Shown here: piece after piece, positions 31,358 to 42,046 of the stretch
Position numbering within the stretch: the stretch's first letter is position 1
Layout: every line of letters starts with the position of its first letter
DNA from: Escherichia coli
GTDB lineage: Bacteria > Pseudomonadota > Gammaproteobacteria > Enterobacterales > Enterobacteriaceae
Assembly: GCF_016903815.1 (NCBI RefSeq)
Contig: NZ_CP069973.1
DNA: 64,000 nucleotides
Reading direction: 5' to 3' (one strand)
Notes under the pieces: model-generated
Seen by the model: the letters and a program-made list of their open reading frames with translations, nothing else
What the model was told of the DNA's origin: nothing
Databases searched by the model: none
Position numbers and translations under genes: made by a program

Positions 31358-31600
31358 ATAGAGCGAGGACGCTAACAGGAACAATGACTCAGGATGAGGG
31401 TCAGGAGCGCCAGGAGGCGAAGACAGAGGATTGTCAGGAAGACAAACGTCCGGAGACGTAATTAAACGGAAATGGAATCAACACGGATTGTTCCGGCTAA
31501 TGGAAAAACAGGGTGTGTTGGCGGCCTGCAAGGATTGTAAGACCCGTTAAGGGTTATGAGTCAGGAAAAAAGGCGACAGAGTAATCTGTCGCCTTTTTTC
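31358..31600 (+). ncRNA. csrC: CsrC small RNA (CsrA-sequestering)
   Basis: It lies in the engB-yihI intergenic region where csrC maps in K-12, has at least a dozen GGA-containing motifs (AGGAC, CAGGAAC, CAGGATG, CAGGAGC, CAGGAGG, GAGGATT, CAGGAAG ...) and ends in the terminator aaggcgacagagtaatctgtcgccttttttc. The 5' end is approximate. Confidence 0.65.
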
Positions 31601-31668
31601 TTTGCTTGCTTTCTGTTAGATTCCGCCGCAAATCTATACTGAATAAAACGGCTAAAAGACGAACCATT

Positions 31669-32178
31669 ATGAAACCATCATCTTCAAACTCACGCAGCAA
31701 AGGTCATGCAAAAGCGCGTCGAAAAACACGCGAGGAGCTGGATCAGGAAGCTCGTGACCGTAAGCGTCAGAAAAAACGTCGTGGTCATGCGCCGGGCAGC
31801 CGCGCAGCGGGCGGTAACACCACGTCAGGCAGCAAAGGCCAGAACGCACCGAAAGATCCACGTATTGGCAGTAAAACCCCTATTCCATTGGGCGTGACTG
31901 AAAAAGTCACCAAACAGCACAAACCGAAGAGTGAGAAACCTATGCTTTCACCGCAGGCGGAGTTGGAGTTACTGGAAACGGATGAGCGTCTGGATGCGCT
32001 GCTGGAACGTCTGGAGGCAGGCGAAACCCTGAGCGCCGAAGAGCAATCCTGGGTGGATGCCAAACTGGATCGTATTGATGAGTTGATGCAGAAACTCGGC
32101 CTCTCTTATGACGATGACGAAGAAGAGGAAGAAGACGAGAAGCAAGAAGACATGATGCGTCTGCTGCGGGGCAACTAA
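31669..32178 (+). CDS. yihI: Der GTPase-activating protein YihI (169 aa)
   Basis: Track ORF 31606..32178; the internal ATG at 31669 gives [40 protein letters not shown]..., highly basic at the N-terminus and acidic at the C-terminus. Confidence 0.9.
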   Translation: MKPSSSNSRSKGHAKARRKTREELDQEARDRKRQKKRRGHAPGSRAAGGNTTSGSKGQNAPKDPRIGSKTPIPLGVTEKVTKQHKPKSEKPMLSPQAELELLETDERLDALLERLEAGETLSAEEQSWVDAKLDRIDELMQKLGLSYDDDEEEEEDEKQEDMMRLLRGN

Positions 32179-32366
32179 CGGATTGCCGCCGTGGGCCTTC
32201 CCGTTCTGCTGATAACCCTTCCGGTTATATGTTATCTGGTGTGGTTATTCGTTAAACTACAGCGGTTGTCGCGGCGACAAAAGTGGCTGCGCAACCGGCT
32301 GATGACCCGAAACGGGCATCCGCCGGTACGCCGTAGCCGCCAGAGACGCCATCGGAAGGAGTGAGC

Positions 32367-33740
32367 ATGTCTGTACAGCAAATCGACTGGGATCTGGCCC
32401 TGATCCAGAAATATAACTATTCCGGGCCACGATACACCTCGTACCCGACCGCGCTGGAGTTTTCAGAAGACTTCGGCGAACAGGCGTTTTTACAAGCCGT
32501 GGCGCGCTATCCTGAGCGTCCATTATCTCTCTACGTACATATCCCGTTCTGCCATAAGCTTTGTTACTTCTGCGGTTGCAATAAGATTGTTACTCGCCAG
32601 CAGCACAAGGCCGATCAGTATCTGGACGCGCTGGAGCAAGAAATCGTCCATCGTGCACCGCTTTTTGCCGGGCGCAAGGTGAGCCAGCTGCACTGGGGCG
32701 GTGGTACGCCGACGTATCTGAACAAAGCGCAAATCAGCCGTCTGATGAAGCTGCTGCGCGAAAACTTCCAGTTCAATGCCGATGCGGAGATTTCGATCGA
32801 AGTCGATCCGCGCGAAATCGAACTGGATGTACTCGATCATTTACGCGCCGAGGGCTTTAATCGCCTGAGCATGGGCGTGCAGGACTTCAACAAAGAAGTG
32901 CAACGTCTGGTTAACCGCGAGCAGGATGAAGAGTTCATCTTTGCACTGCTTAACCATGCGCGTGAGATTGGCTTTACCTCCACCAACATCGACCTGATTT
33001 ACGGCCTGCCGAAACAAACGCCGGAGAGTTTCGCTTTTACCCTGAAACGCGTGGCGGAGCTGAACCCCGATCGTCTGAGCGTCTTTAACTATGCGCATCT
33101 GCCGACCATTTTTGCTGCTCAGCGCAAAATCAAAGATGCTGACTTGCCGAGTCCGCAGCAAAAACTCGATATCCTGCAGGAAACCATCGCCTTCCTGACG
33201 CAATCGGGCTATCAGTTTATCGGTATGGATCACTTTGCCCGTCCGGATGACGAACTGGCGGTGGCCCAGCGTGAAGGCGTGCTGCATCGTAACTTCCAGG
33301 GCTACACCACTCAGGGCGATACCGATCTGCTGGGGATGGGCGTTTCCGCCATCAGCATGATTGGCGACTGCTACGCGCAGAACCAGAAAGAGTTGAAGCA
33401 GTACTATCAGCAAGTGGATGAACAAGGCAATGCGCTGTGGCGTGGTATTGCGCTAACGCGTGATGACTGTATTCGCCGCGATGTGATTAAGTCGCTCATC
33501 TGCAACTTCCGTCTGGATTACGCTCCCATTGAGCAACAGTGGGATTTGCACTTCGCTGATTACTTTGCCGAAGATCTCAAGCTGCTCGCCCCGTTAGCAA
33601 AAGATGGGCTGGTGGATGTGGATGAGAAGGGGATTCAGGTGACGGCGAAAGGTCGCTTGCTGATCCGCAACATTTGCATGTGCTTTGATACCTATCTGCG
33701 CCAGAAAGCGCGGATGCAGCAGTTCTCACGGGTGATTTAA
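32367..33740 (+). CDS. hemN: Oxygen-independent coproporphyrinogen III oxidase HemN (radical SAM), 457 aa
   Basis: Translation MSVQQIDWDLALIQKYNYSGPRYTSYPTALEF... with the CxxxCxxC motif (CHKLCYFCGC). The alternative start at 32361 (MSMSVQQ) is not excluded. Confidence 0.93.
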   Translation: MSVQQIDWDLALIQKYNYSGPRYTSYPTALEFSEDFGEQAFLQAVARYPERPLSLYVHIPFCHKLCYFCGCNKIVTRQQHKADQYLDALEQEIVHRAPLFAGRKVSQLHWGGGTPTYLNKAQISRLMKLLRENFQFNADAEISIEVDPREIELDVLDHLRAEGFNRLSMGVQDFNKEVQRLVNREQDEEFIFALLNHAREIGFTSTNIDLIYGLPKQTPESFAFTLKRVAELNPDRLSVFNYAHLPTIFAAQRKIKDADLPSPQQKLDILQETIAFLTQSGYQFIGMDHFARPDDELAVAQREGVLHRNFQGYTTQGDTDLLGMGVSAISMIGDCYAQNQKELKQYYQQVDEQGNALWRGIALTRDDCIRRDVIKSLICNFRLDYAPIEQQWDLHFADYFAEDLKLLAPLAKDGLVDVDEKGIQVTAKGRLLIRNICMCFDTYLRQKARMQQFSRVI

Positions 33741-33807
33741 ATAGTGAATGGCGCTTCGTTTACAAAGTAGAAAACGAAAGCGCCATCAATGTGCTGAGAA
33801 CAAGATT

Positions 33808-33897
33808 GCCTGATGCGCTACGCTTATCAGGCCTACAAAACCTGTTGAAAATATTGCTTTTGTAGACCGGATAAGGCGTTCACGCCGCATCCGGCAT
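33808..33897. repeat. BIME/REP cluster downstream of hemN
   Basis: tgcctgatgcgctacgcttatcaggcctac ... tgtagaccggataaggcgttcacgccgcatccggca. Confidence 0.7.
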
Positions 33898-33929
33898 GAA
33901 CAAAGAGCACTTCATCAGCAATCTGAAAC

Positions 33930-34040
33930 TCAGCTAAACAGCCCAATCATCGCGGCACACAGCACGGCAGCAACGGCAGTTTGCGGTGTGTGGCTGTCAA
34001 CTGCGCCACTCGATACCAGATTAATTATTGATTCCAGCAT
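33930..34040 (-). CDS. yshB: Small protein YshB (36 aa)
   Basis: Reverse-strand ORF MLESIINLVSSGAVDSHTPQTAVAAVLCAAMIGLFS preceded by a GGGGAGAG Shine-Dalgarno; its position between hemN and glnG matches K-12 yshB as I recall it. Confidence 0.6.
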   Translation of the reverse strand: MLESIINLVSSGAVDSHTPQTAVAAVLCAAMIGLFS

Positions 34041-34151
34041 AATGACTCTCCCCGTTTTCCGGGCAAGATCATACTGAACTTATCGGAACAGTAAAGCGCA
34101 AAATACCAGCAATTTGCGCTCAATAATCAATCTTTACACACAAGCCGTGAA

Positions 34152-35561
34152 TCACTCCATCCCCAGCTCTTTTAACTTCCGCGTCAGAGTGTTACGCCCC
34201 CAGCCGAGTAGCCGCGCCGCTTCCTGTTTATGCCCCTGCGTATGTCGCAGCGCGGTGGTCAGTAACGTCCGCTCCAGCTCAGGCTGCGCTTCGGAAAGCA
34301 GATTTTGATGACCGGAACGCAGCGCCCTGTCTGCCCACTGCGCTAACAGCGTCGCCCAACTGTCCGGTTGCATTTGCGAAGTACTCTCCGCAACCGTTGA
34401 TTCAAACAGTTCGCCAGGCAAATCCTGAATCAACACTTCCTGTCCGGCAGCCATTACCGTTAGCCAGCGGCAGGTGTTTTCCAGCTGGCGCACGTTGCCT
34501 GGCCACGCCAGACGCGTCAGCGCGGCTTCGGTTTCCGGATGCAGTAACTTCGCTTCTACGCCCAGTTCGCGCGCGGCAACCTGTAAAAAATGGCGTGCCA
34601 GGCGGGGAATATCTTCCCGACGCTCACGCAGTGGTGGCAGATGAACGCGGATGACGTTCAGGCGGTGGAACAGATCCTCACGGAACTTACCTTCCTGCAC
34701 CCGCTGTTCAAGATTCTGGTGAGTGGCAGCGATAATCCGCACATCCACTTTCACCGGCGCATAGCCGCCAACGCGATAAAACTGACCGTCTGCCAGCACG
34801 CGCAGCAAACGCGTCTGCACATCCAGCGGCATATCACCAATTTCGTCGAGAAATAACGTGCCGCCATCGGCCTGTTCAAAACGCCCCTGACGAATGGTAT
34901 TCGCGCCGGTAAACGCGCCTTTCTCGTGACCAAACAGTTCTGATTCGATCAAATCCTTCGGGATAGCCGCCATATTCAGCGCGATAAACGGCGCTTTGGC
35001 TCGCGGACTGTGGCGATGCAGGGCATGAGCGACCAGCTCTTTACCGGTGCCGGATTCGCCGTTAATCAGCACGCTAATAGAAGAACGCGAAAGCCGACCG
35101 ATAATACGGAACACGTCCTGCATGGCTGGCGCTTCGCCGATGATATCGGTCGTTGGGCCGTTAAGCTGAACATTACGCGGCTGCTGCTGTTCCTGGTAAT
35201 GACTGATGGCGCGCTCAACCAGGGCGACGGCTTCGTCGATATCAAACGGTTTGGGCAGATAATCAAACGCCCCTTGTTGATAGGCGCTGACGGCAGCATC
35301 CAGATCGGAATGTGCGGTCATAATGATGACCGGAAGCATCGGATGGCGCTGTTTAATCTGCTTGAGCAGCGCCAGCCCGTCCATTCCCGGCATACGGATA
35401 TCTGAAAGCAGCACATCCGGCGTTTTGCTCGCCAGCGCCTCCAGTACCTCCGCGCCGTTCTCAAATGTTGTACAGGTTAAACCCGCTCCAGCGAGCGCAC
35501 GTTCAAGCACCCAACGGATGGAACTATCGTCATCGACTACCCAGACTATCCCTCGTTGCAT
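34152..35561 (-). CDS. glnG: Nitrogen regulation response regulator NtrC/GlnG (sigma54 activator), 469 aa
   Basis: Track ORF 34152..35621; the internal start gives [28 protein letters not shown]...; contains the AAA+ GESGTGKE and GAFTGA motifs and a C-terminal HTH. Confidence 0.95.
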   Translation of the reverse strand: MQRGIVWVVDDDSSIRWVLERALAGAGLTCTTFENGAEVLEALASKTPDVLLSDIRMPGMDGLALLKQIKQRHPMLPVIIMTAHSDLDAAVSAYQQGAFDYLPKPFDIDEAVALVERAISHYQEQQQPRNVQLNGPTTDIIGEAPAMQDVFRIIGRLSRSSISVLINGESGTGKELVAHALHRHSPRAKAPFIALNMAAIPKDLIESELFGHEKGAFTGANTIRQGRFEQADGGTLFLDEIGDMPLDVQTRLLRVLADGQFYRVGGYAPVKVDVRIIAATHQNLEQRVQEGKFREDLFHRLNVIRVHLPPLRERREDIPRLARHFLQVAARELGVEAKLLHPETEAALTRLAWPGNVRQLENTCRWLTVMAAGQEVLIQDLPGELFESTVAESTSQMQPDSWATLLAQWADRALRSGHQNLLSEAQPELERTLLTTALRHTQGHKQEAARLLGWGRNTLTRKLKELGME

Positions 35562-35572
35562 AAACGTCACCT

Positions 35573-36622
35573 TTATTTCCTGATAGGCAGGTAAACCGAG
35601 AACTCGGTATGACCTGGCCAACTGGTAAATTCAATTTTGCCTGAATGCTGATCAATCAAATTACGGGCGATGGATAAGCCAAGCCCGGTGCCACCTTCGC
35701 GGCCACTGACCATCGGATAAAACAGCGTATCCTGCAAATGAGGCGGAATGCCCGGCCCGTTATCTTCCACATCAATTCGCGCCGCCAGCCGATAGCGCTC
35801 GCCGTGTAAGGTCAGTTGAAACGCGGTGCGGGTACGCAGAATGATTTCACCGCCTTCCGGCCCCAGCGCCTGTAGCGCATTGCGCACAATATTCAGCAAG
35901 ACCTGTTCAATTTGATCCGGGTCGTGCGCCAGTTCCGGCAGGCTGGGATCGTAATCACGAATCAACCGCACGTTGTCCGGCAGTTCCATCGACACCAACG
36001 TCACCACGCGTTCAGCCACTTTGTGAATACTTTCGGTAACGCGCGTACCGGGCAGTTGCGGTCCCAACAGACGGTCGACCAGATTTCGCAGCCGGTCCGC
36101 CTGTTCGATAATCACTTTGGTATATTCGAGTAGTGACGGGTCAGGTAATGCTTTGCTGAGTAGCTGCGCCGCGCCACGTAAACCGCCAAGCGGATTTTTA
36201 ATCTCATGTGCCAGGCCGCGCACTAAATCACGGGCAGCAACCTGCTGGGCGTGCTGTAGCTGTTCCTGACTTAAGCGGCGCTGGTTATCCATCGGTGCCA
36301 TCTCCAGCAGGATCATGCCGTCTGGCATACGCTGGGCCGTCACAGAAAGGATATGCGAGCGCCCGTCGATGACCAGCGTCACTTCGTTATCGGTAAAACC
36401 TTGCCCCGCCTCCAGACTTTCTTGCATCAGCTCGATATTTAATGAGAAGTAGCTCAATAGTTCCGGTAACGGTGTACCAAACAATTTGCGGGAGCTTTGG
36501 GCGAGCAGTTGTTGCGCGGCGGGGTTGGCGTAATGGATCGCCAGGTTGTCATCGATTAACAAAATACTGTTAATCAGCGAGTTGAGGATCTGCCCAGCAT
36601 CGGGCTGCGTGCCTGTTGCCAT
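35573..36622 (-). CDS. glnL: Nitrogen regulation sensor kinase NtrB/GlnL (349 aa)
   Basis: Translation [40 protein letters not shown]...; H-box HEIKNPLGG. Confidence 0.95.
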
Positions 36623-36795
36623 AAAGCAGTCTCCTGAACAGGTTGCACCATTTTAGTGCATTATAGCTTTTTACGGATAAAAAGCGCGTAGCATCAGAGA
36701 ATTGACGGAGAAAAAAGCCCATGCAGAGATGGGCTGAAAGTTTCCACGGCAACTAAATCCCGGCGTTGTTGCGCCGGGTAGTACAACTTCAACTA

Positions 36796-38205
36796 TTAGA
36801 CGCTGTAGTACAGCTCAAACTCTACCGGATGCGGAGTCATACGCACGCGGTCATCTTCTTCGCGACGCAGAGCGATGTACGCATCGATCGCTTCATCAGT
36901 GAACACACCACCGGCTTTCAGGAACTCGCGGTCCAGATCCAGTTCGTTCAGTGCTTCTTCCAGAGAACCAGCAACCTGTGGGATCTCTTTCGCTTCTTCC
37001 GGCGGCAGGTCATACAGGTTTTTGTCCATCGCTTCGCCCGGATGGATCTTGTTCTTGATACCGTCAAGACCGGCCATCAGCAGGGCAGCAAAGCACAGGT
37101 ACGGGTTAGCCGCCGGGTCCGGGAAACGTACTTCGATACGACGTGCTTTCGGAGAAGAAACCACCGGAATACGGATAGACGCAGAACGGTTGCGTGCAGA
37201 GTAAGCCAGCATTACCGGTGCTTCGTAGCCCGGGACCAGACGCTTGTAAGAGTTGGTGGTCGGGTTTGCCAGGGCATTAATCGCTTTCGCGTGTTTGATT
37301 ACGCCGCCAATATAGTACAGCGCCTGCTCAGACAGACCTGCGTATTTGTCGCCTGCGAACAGGTTGACGCCGTTTTTAGACAGCGACATGTGGCAGTGCA
37401 TACCGGAGCCGTTATCACCGAACATCGGTTTTGGCATAAAGGTCGCGGTTTTACCGAAGCGGTGCGCTACGTTGTGCACAACATATTTGTAGATCTGAAT
37501 TTCGTCAGCTTTTTTGGTCATGGTATTGAAGCGGGTAGCCACTTCGTTCTGACCAGCAGTCGCTACTTCGTGGTGATGGGCTTCAACCACCAGGCCCATC
37601 TGTTCCATCACCAGACACATTTCAGAACGAATATCCTGAGCAGAGTCTACCGGCGGAACCGGGAAGTAACCGCCTTTCACTGCCGGACGGTGACCTTTGT
37701 TACCACCTTCGTATTGGGTGGAGGAGTTCCATGCGCCTTCGATATCGTCGATAGCAACGTGAGAACCGGAGATAGATGATCCGAAACGGATGTCATCGAA
37801 CAGGAAGAATTCAGGTTCTGGCCCGAACAGTACGGTGTCGGCAATGCCAGTGGAACGCAGGTAATCTTCGGCGCGCTTCGCAATGGAGCGCGGGTCACGG
37901 TCATAGCCTTGCAGGGTGCCAGGTTCAAGGATGTCGCAACGGATAATCAGGGTGGAGTCGGCGAAGAACGGGTCAATCACTGCGGTGGATGCGTCTGGCA
38001 TCAGCACCATGTCGGACTCGTTAATGCCTTTCCAGCCGCCAATCGAGGAGCCGTCAAACATTTTGCCTTCTTCGAAGAATTCAGCATTCACCTGATGAGC
38101 AGGGATAGTGACGTGCTGTTCTTTACCTTTAGTATCGGTGAAGCGCAAATCAACAAACTTCACTTCGTGCTCGTTCAGCATCGTCAGTACGTGTTCAGCG
38201 GACAT
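36796..38205 (-). CDS. glnA: Glutamine synthetase GlnA (469 aa)
   Basis: Translation [40 protein letters not shown]... matches GlnA. Confidence 0.97.
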
Positions 38206-38288
38206 ACTTTAACTCTCCTGGATTGGTCATGGTCGTCGTGGTAACGAAATCTGCAATTATTTTGGCCGTGTCGCCGTAAAAAAGATAA

Positions 38289-38305
38289 AGCGAAATCTGT
38301 GCCAA
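38289..38305 (-). promoter_or_regulatory. glnAp2 sigma54 promoter (TTGGCACAGATTTCGCT on the minus strand)
   Basis: -24 GG and -12 GC elements with the canonical spacing, about 85 bp upstream of the glnA start. Confidence 0.8.
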
Positions 38306-38344
38306 CTTTTAAATTGCCCCTAAAAGGCGTTATCATGCTTAACA

Positions 38345-38430
38345 TCGTGCAAAAGGGCTGCACCATGATGTGAATGTTGCACCAATATAGTGCTTCAATG
38401 GAAACATTAAGCACCATATTGGTGCAATGA
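38345..38430. promoter_or_regulatory. NtrC enhancer sites upstream of glnA (TGCACCA-N-TGGTGCA palindromes)
   Basis: Near-perfect palindrome gcaccatattggtgc at 38411-38425 plus related half-sites tgcaccaatatagtgc and tgcaccatgatg upstream. Confidence 0.75.
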
Positions 38431-38577
38431 CCTTTGGATAACCCTTTTTATGCTCCGTGAAAGCAATCACAAAGGGACTCTGCAATACTTGTTTGCGGAG
38501 GATGTTTGTGATCCTGTTTTGTAGTGCGATTAATCCGTGTACAATAACGCGCTATTTCTAATGCCTGAGGCAAAGTT

Positions 38578-40401
38578 GTGATCGAAAAATTGCGTAATAT
38601 CGCCATCATCGCGCACGTAGACCATGGTAAAACCACCCTGGTAGACAAGCTGCTCCAACAATCCGGTACGTTCGACTCTCGTGCCGAAACCCAAGAGCGC
38701 GTGATGGACTCCAACGATTTGGAGAAAGAGCGTGGGATTACCATCCTCGCGAAAAACACCGCTATCAAATGGAATGATTACCGTATCAACATCGTTGATA
38801 CCCCGGGGCACGCCGACTTCGGTGGTGAAGTTGAACGTGTAATGTCCATGGTAGACTCAGTGCTGCTGGTGGTTGACGCATTTGACGGCCCGATGCCGCA
38901 AACGCGCTTCGTAACCAAAAAAGCGTTTGCTTACGGCCTGAAGCCGATTGTTGTTATCAACAAAGTTGACCGCCCTGGCGCGCGTCCTGACTGGGTTGTG
39001 GATCAGGTATTCGACCTGTTCGTTAACCTCGACGCGACCGACGAGCAGCTGGACTTCCCGATCGTTTACGCTTCTGCGCTGAACGGTATCGCGGGTCTGG
39101 ACCACGAAGATATGGCGGAAGACATGACCCCGCTGTATCAGGCGATTGTTGACCACGTTCCTGCGCCGGACGTTGACCTTGACGGTCCGTTCCAGATGCA
39201 GATTTCTCAGCTCGATTACAACAGCTATGTTGGCGTTATCGGCATTGGCCGCATCAAGCGCGGTAAAGTGAAGCCGAACCAGCAGGTCACTATCATCGAT
39301 AGCGAAGGCAAAACCCGTAACGCGAAAGTCGGTAAAGTGCTGGGCCACCTCGGTCTGGAACGTATCGAAACCGACCTGGCGGAAGCTGGCGATATCGTGG
39401 CGATCACGGGCCTGGGCGAACTGAACATTTCTGACACCGTTTGCGACACGCAAAACGTTGAAGCGCTGCCGGCACTCTCCGTTGATGAGCCGACCGTTTC
39501 TATGTTCTTCTGCGTTAACACCTCGCCGTTCTGCGGTAAAGAAGGTAAGTTCGTAACGTCTCGTCAGATCCTGGATCGTCTGAACAAAGAACTGGTACAC
39601 AACGTTGCTCTGCGCGTAGAAGAAACCGAAGACGCCGATGCGTTCCGCGTTTCTGGTCGTGGCGAACTGCACCTGTCTGTTCTGATCGAAAACATGCGTC
39701 GTGAAGGTTTCGAACTGGCGGTATCCCGTCCGAAAGTTATCTTCCGTGAAATCGACGGTCGTAAACAAGAGCCGTATGAAAACGTGACTCTGGACGTTGA
39801 AGAACAGCATCAGGGTTCTGTAATGCAGGCGCTGGGCGAACGTAAAGGCGACCTGAAAAACATGAATCCAGACGGTAAAGGCCGCGTACGTCTCGACTAC
39901 GTGATCCCAAGCCGTGGTCTGATTGGTTTCCGTTCTGAGTTCATGACCATGACTTCCGGTACGGGTCTGCTGTACTCCACCTTCAGCCACTACGACGACG
40001 TACGTCCGGGTGAAGTGGGTCAGCGTCAGAATGGCGTACTGATCTCTAACGGTCAGGGTAAAGCGGTAGCGTTCGCGCTGTTCGGTCTGCAGGATCGCGG
40101 TAAGCTGTTCCTCGGTCACGGTGCAGAAGTTTACGAAGGTCAGATTATCGGTATTCATAGCCGCTCTAACGACCTGACTGTAAACTGCCTGACCGGTAAG
40201 AAACTGACCAACATGCGTGCTTCCGGTACTGACGAAGCCGTTGTTCTGGTTCCGCCTATCCGCATGACTCTGGAACAAGCTCTGGAGTTCATCGATGATG
40301 ACGAACTGGTAGAAGTGACTCCGACCTCTATCCGTATTCGTAAACGTCACCTGACGGAAAACGATCGTCGTCGCGCCAACCGCGCACCGAAAGACGATTA
40401 A
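38578..40401 (+). CDS. typA: Ribosome-associated translational GTPase TypA/BipA (607 aa, GTG start)
   Basis: Translation [32 protein letters not shown]... matches BipA. Confidence 0.95.
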   Translation: MIEKLRNIAIIAHVDHGKTTLVDKLLQQSGTFDSRAETQERVMDSNDLEKERGITILAKNTAIKWNDYRINIVDTPGHADFGGEVERVMSMVDSVLLVVDAFDGPMPQTRFVTKKAFAYGLKPIVVINKVDRPGARPDWVVDQVFDLFVNLDATDEQLDFPIVYASALNGIAGLDHEDMAEDMTPLYQAIVDHVPAPDVDLDGPFQMQISQLDYNSYVGVIGIGRIKRGKVKPNQQVTIIDSEGKTRNAKVGKVLGHLGLERIETDLAEAGDIVAITGLGELNISDTVCDTQNVEALPALSVDEPTVSMFFCVNTSPFCGKEGKFVTSRQILDRLNKELVHNVALRVEETEDADAFRVSGRGELHLSVLIENMRREGFELAVSRPKVIFREIDGRKQEPYENVTLDVEEQHQGSVMQALGERKGDLKNMNPDGKGRVRLDYVIPSRGLIGFRSEFMTMTSGTGLLYSTFSHYDDVRPGEVGQRQNGVLISNGQGKAVAFALFGLQDRGKLFLGHGAEVYEGQIIGIHSRSNDLTVNCLTGKKLTNMRASGTDEAVVLVPPIRMTLEQALEFIDDDELVEVTPTSIRIRKRHLTENDRRRANRAPKDD

Positions 40402-40424
40402 TTTCGTTTTTTAGTTATAAAAAA

Positions 40425-40451
40425 CCTGCCATCGCTGGCAGGTTTTTTTTT
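40425..40451 (+). terminator. typA rho-independent terminator (cctgccatcgctggcagg plus nine T)
   Basis: Stem cctgcca/tggcagg followed by a T-run; the IS200-like copy B begins immediately after. Confidence 0.8.
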
Positions 40452-41163
40452 GTGCACAGAAAACCCCCAGCTAGGCTGGGGGTTCCGGAAAGCTTTCAGC
40501 TTTGAGCCAGTTATTAAAACCCCTTTTGATTTGTTAAAACACCTTGCGGTCTGGCAACTGCAAGTGTCAAACAAGAAATCAAAAGGGGGTCCCAATGGGG
40601 AACGAAAAGAGCTTAGCGCACACCCGATGGAACTGTAAATATCACATAGTTTTTGCGCCAAAATACCGAAGACAGGTGTTCTACAGAGAGAAGCGTAGAG
40701 CAATAGGCAGTATTTTGAGAAAGCTGTGTGAGTGGAAAAGCGTACGGATTCTGGAAGCTGAATGCTGTGCAGATCATATCCATATGCTTGTGGAGATCCC
40801 GCCCAAAATGAGCGTATCCGGGTTTATGGGATATCTGAAAGGGAAAAGCAGTCTGATGCTTTACGAGCAGTTTGGTGATTTGAAATTCAAATACAGGAAC
40901 AGGGAGTTCTGGTGCAGAGGGTACTACGTCGATACAGTGGGTAAGAACACGGCGAAGATACAGGATTACATAAAGCACCAGCTTGAAGAGGATAAAATGG
41001 GAGAGCAGTTATCGATTCCCTATCCGGGCAGCCCGTTTACGGGCCGTAAGTAACGAAGTTGGATGCAAATGTCAGATCGTGTGCGCCTGTTAGGGCGCGG
41101 CTGGTAAGAGAGCCTTATAGGCGCATTTGAAAAACCTCCGGCTATGCCGGAGGATATTTATTA
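40452..41163 (+). mobile_element. IS200-like element, copy B, same orientation as copy A
   Basis: Near-identical to 23701..24413 (only a few substitutions seen); the same terminal hairpins are present. Confidence 0.85.
40595..41053 (+). CDS. tnpA: IS200-type HUH (Y1) transposase TnpA (152 aa)
   Basis: Track ORF 40544..41053; the internal ATG gives MGNEKSLAHTRWNCKYHIVF..., with an amino-acid sequence identical to copy A. Confidence 0.9.
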   Translation: MGNEKSLAHTRWNCKYHIVFAPKYRRQVFYREKRRAIGSILRKLCEWKSVRILEAECCADHIHMLVEIPPKMSVSGFMGYLKGKSSLMLYEQFGDLKFKYRNREFWCRGYYVDTVGKNTAKIQDYIKHQLEEDKMGEQLSIPYPGSPFTGRK

Positions 41164-41328
41164 CCTGTCGTGAGCGCACACCAATGCGAGTATCTCCCTT
41201 ATAAGTCTGTGATTACGTCAATAGAGAGCTTTGTCACAATTATCTGCAAAGTCATACACCGTTAATTGCTTTCTTTTTTGGCGTAAGCGTAAGATGCTTC
41301 ATCTGGTTTAAACCAAAAGGATTAAACA

Positions 41329-42039
41329 ATGGCGGAGAATCAATCCACCGTAGAAAATGCAAAAGAGAAACTGGATCGGTGGTTGAAAGATGGCATCACC
41401 ACGCCGGGTGGAAAACTCCCTTCAGAAAGAGAGCTGGGAGAACTGCTGGGCATTAAACGTATGACGCTGCGCCAGGCGTTGTTGAACCTCGAGGCAGAAT
41501 CCAAAATCTTCCGTAAGGATCGTAAGGGGTGGTTCGTGACCCAGCCGCGATTTAATTACAGTCCGGAGCTGTCAGCGAGCTTTCAGCGGGCCGCAATTGA
41601 GCAAGGACGAGAGCCTTCTTGGGGGTTTACCGAGAAAAACCGTACCAGCGATATTCCCGAGACGCTCGCGCCACTGATTGCAGTGACACCATCAACTGAA
41701 CTCTATCGCATCACCGGCTGGGGGGCGCTGGAAGGACATAAAGTTTTCTATCACGAAACATATATTAATCCTGAAGTTGCTCCGGGTTTTATTGAACAAC
41801 TTGAAAACCACTCATTTTCTGCAGTCTGGGAAAAGTGCTACCAGAAAGAGACGGTAGTAAAAAAATTGATTTTCAAACCCGTCAGAATGCCGGGCGATAT
41901 CAGCAAGTATCTTGGCGGTTCTGCGGGTATGCCAGCGATCTTAATTGAAAAGCATCGCGCCGACCAGCAAGGCAATATTGTCCAGATAGATATTGAATAT
42001 TGGCGATTTGAGGCCGTAGACCTCATCATTAATCTGTAG
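41329..42039 (+). CDS. yihL: YihL, GntR-family (HTH plus UTRA-like) transcriptional regulator, 236 aa
   Basis: Translation MAENQSTVENAKEKLDRWLKDGITTPGGKLPSERELGELLGIKRMTLRQALLNLEAESKIFRKDRKGWFV.... Confidence 0.88.
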   Translation: MAENQSTVENAKEKLDRWLKDGITTPGGKLPSERELGELLGIKRMTLRQALLNLEAESKIFRKDRKGWFVTQPRFNYSPELSASFQRAAIEQGREPSWGFTEKNRTSDIPETLAPLIAVTPSTELYRITGWGALEGHKVFYHETYINPEVAPGFIEQLENHSFSAVWEKCYQKETVVKKLIFKPVRMPGDISKYLGGSAGMPAILIEKHRADQQGNIVQIDIEYWRFEAVDLIINL

Positions 42040-42046
42040 GTGTTTT

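Noticed and set aside
23701-41163. Possibility that the two IS200-like copies form a composite transposon
   Set aside because: The intervening 16 kb is syntenic core genome (polA, glnALG, typA and others) in K-12 order, and IS200-family elements transpose by a single-strand peel-and-paste mechanism that does not mobilise flanked DNA as composite transposons.
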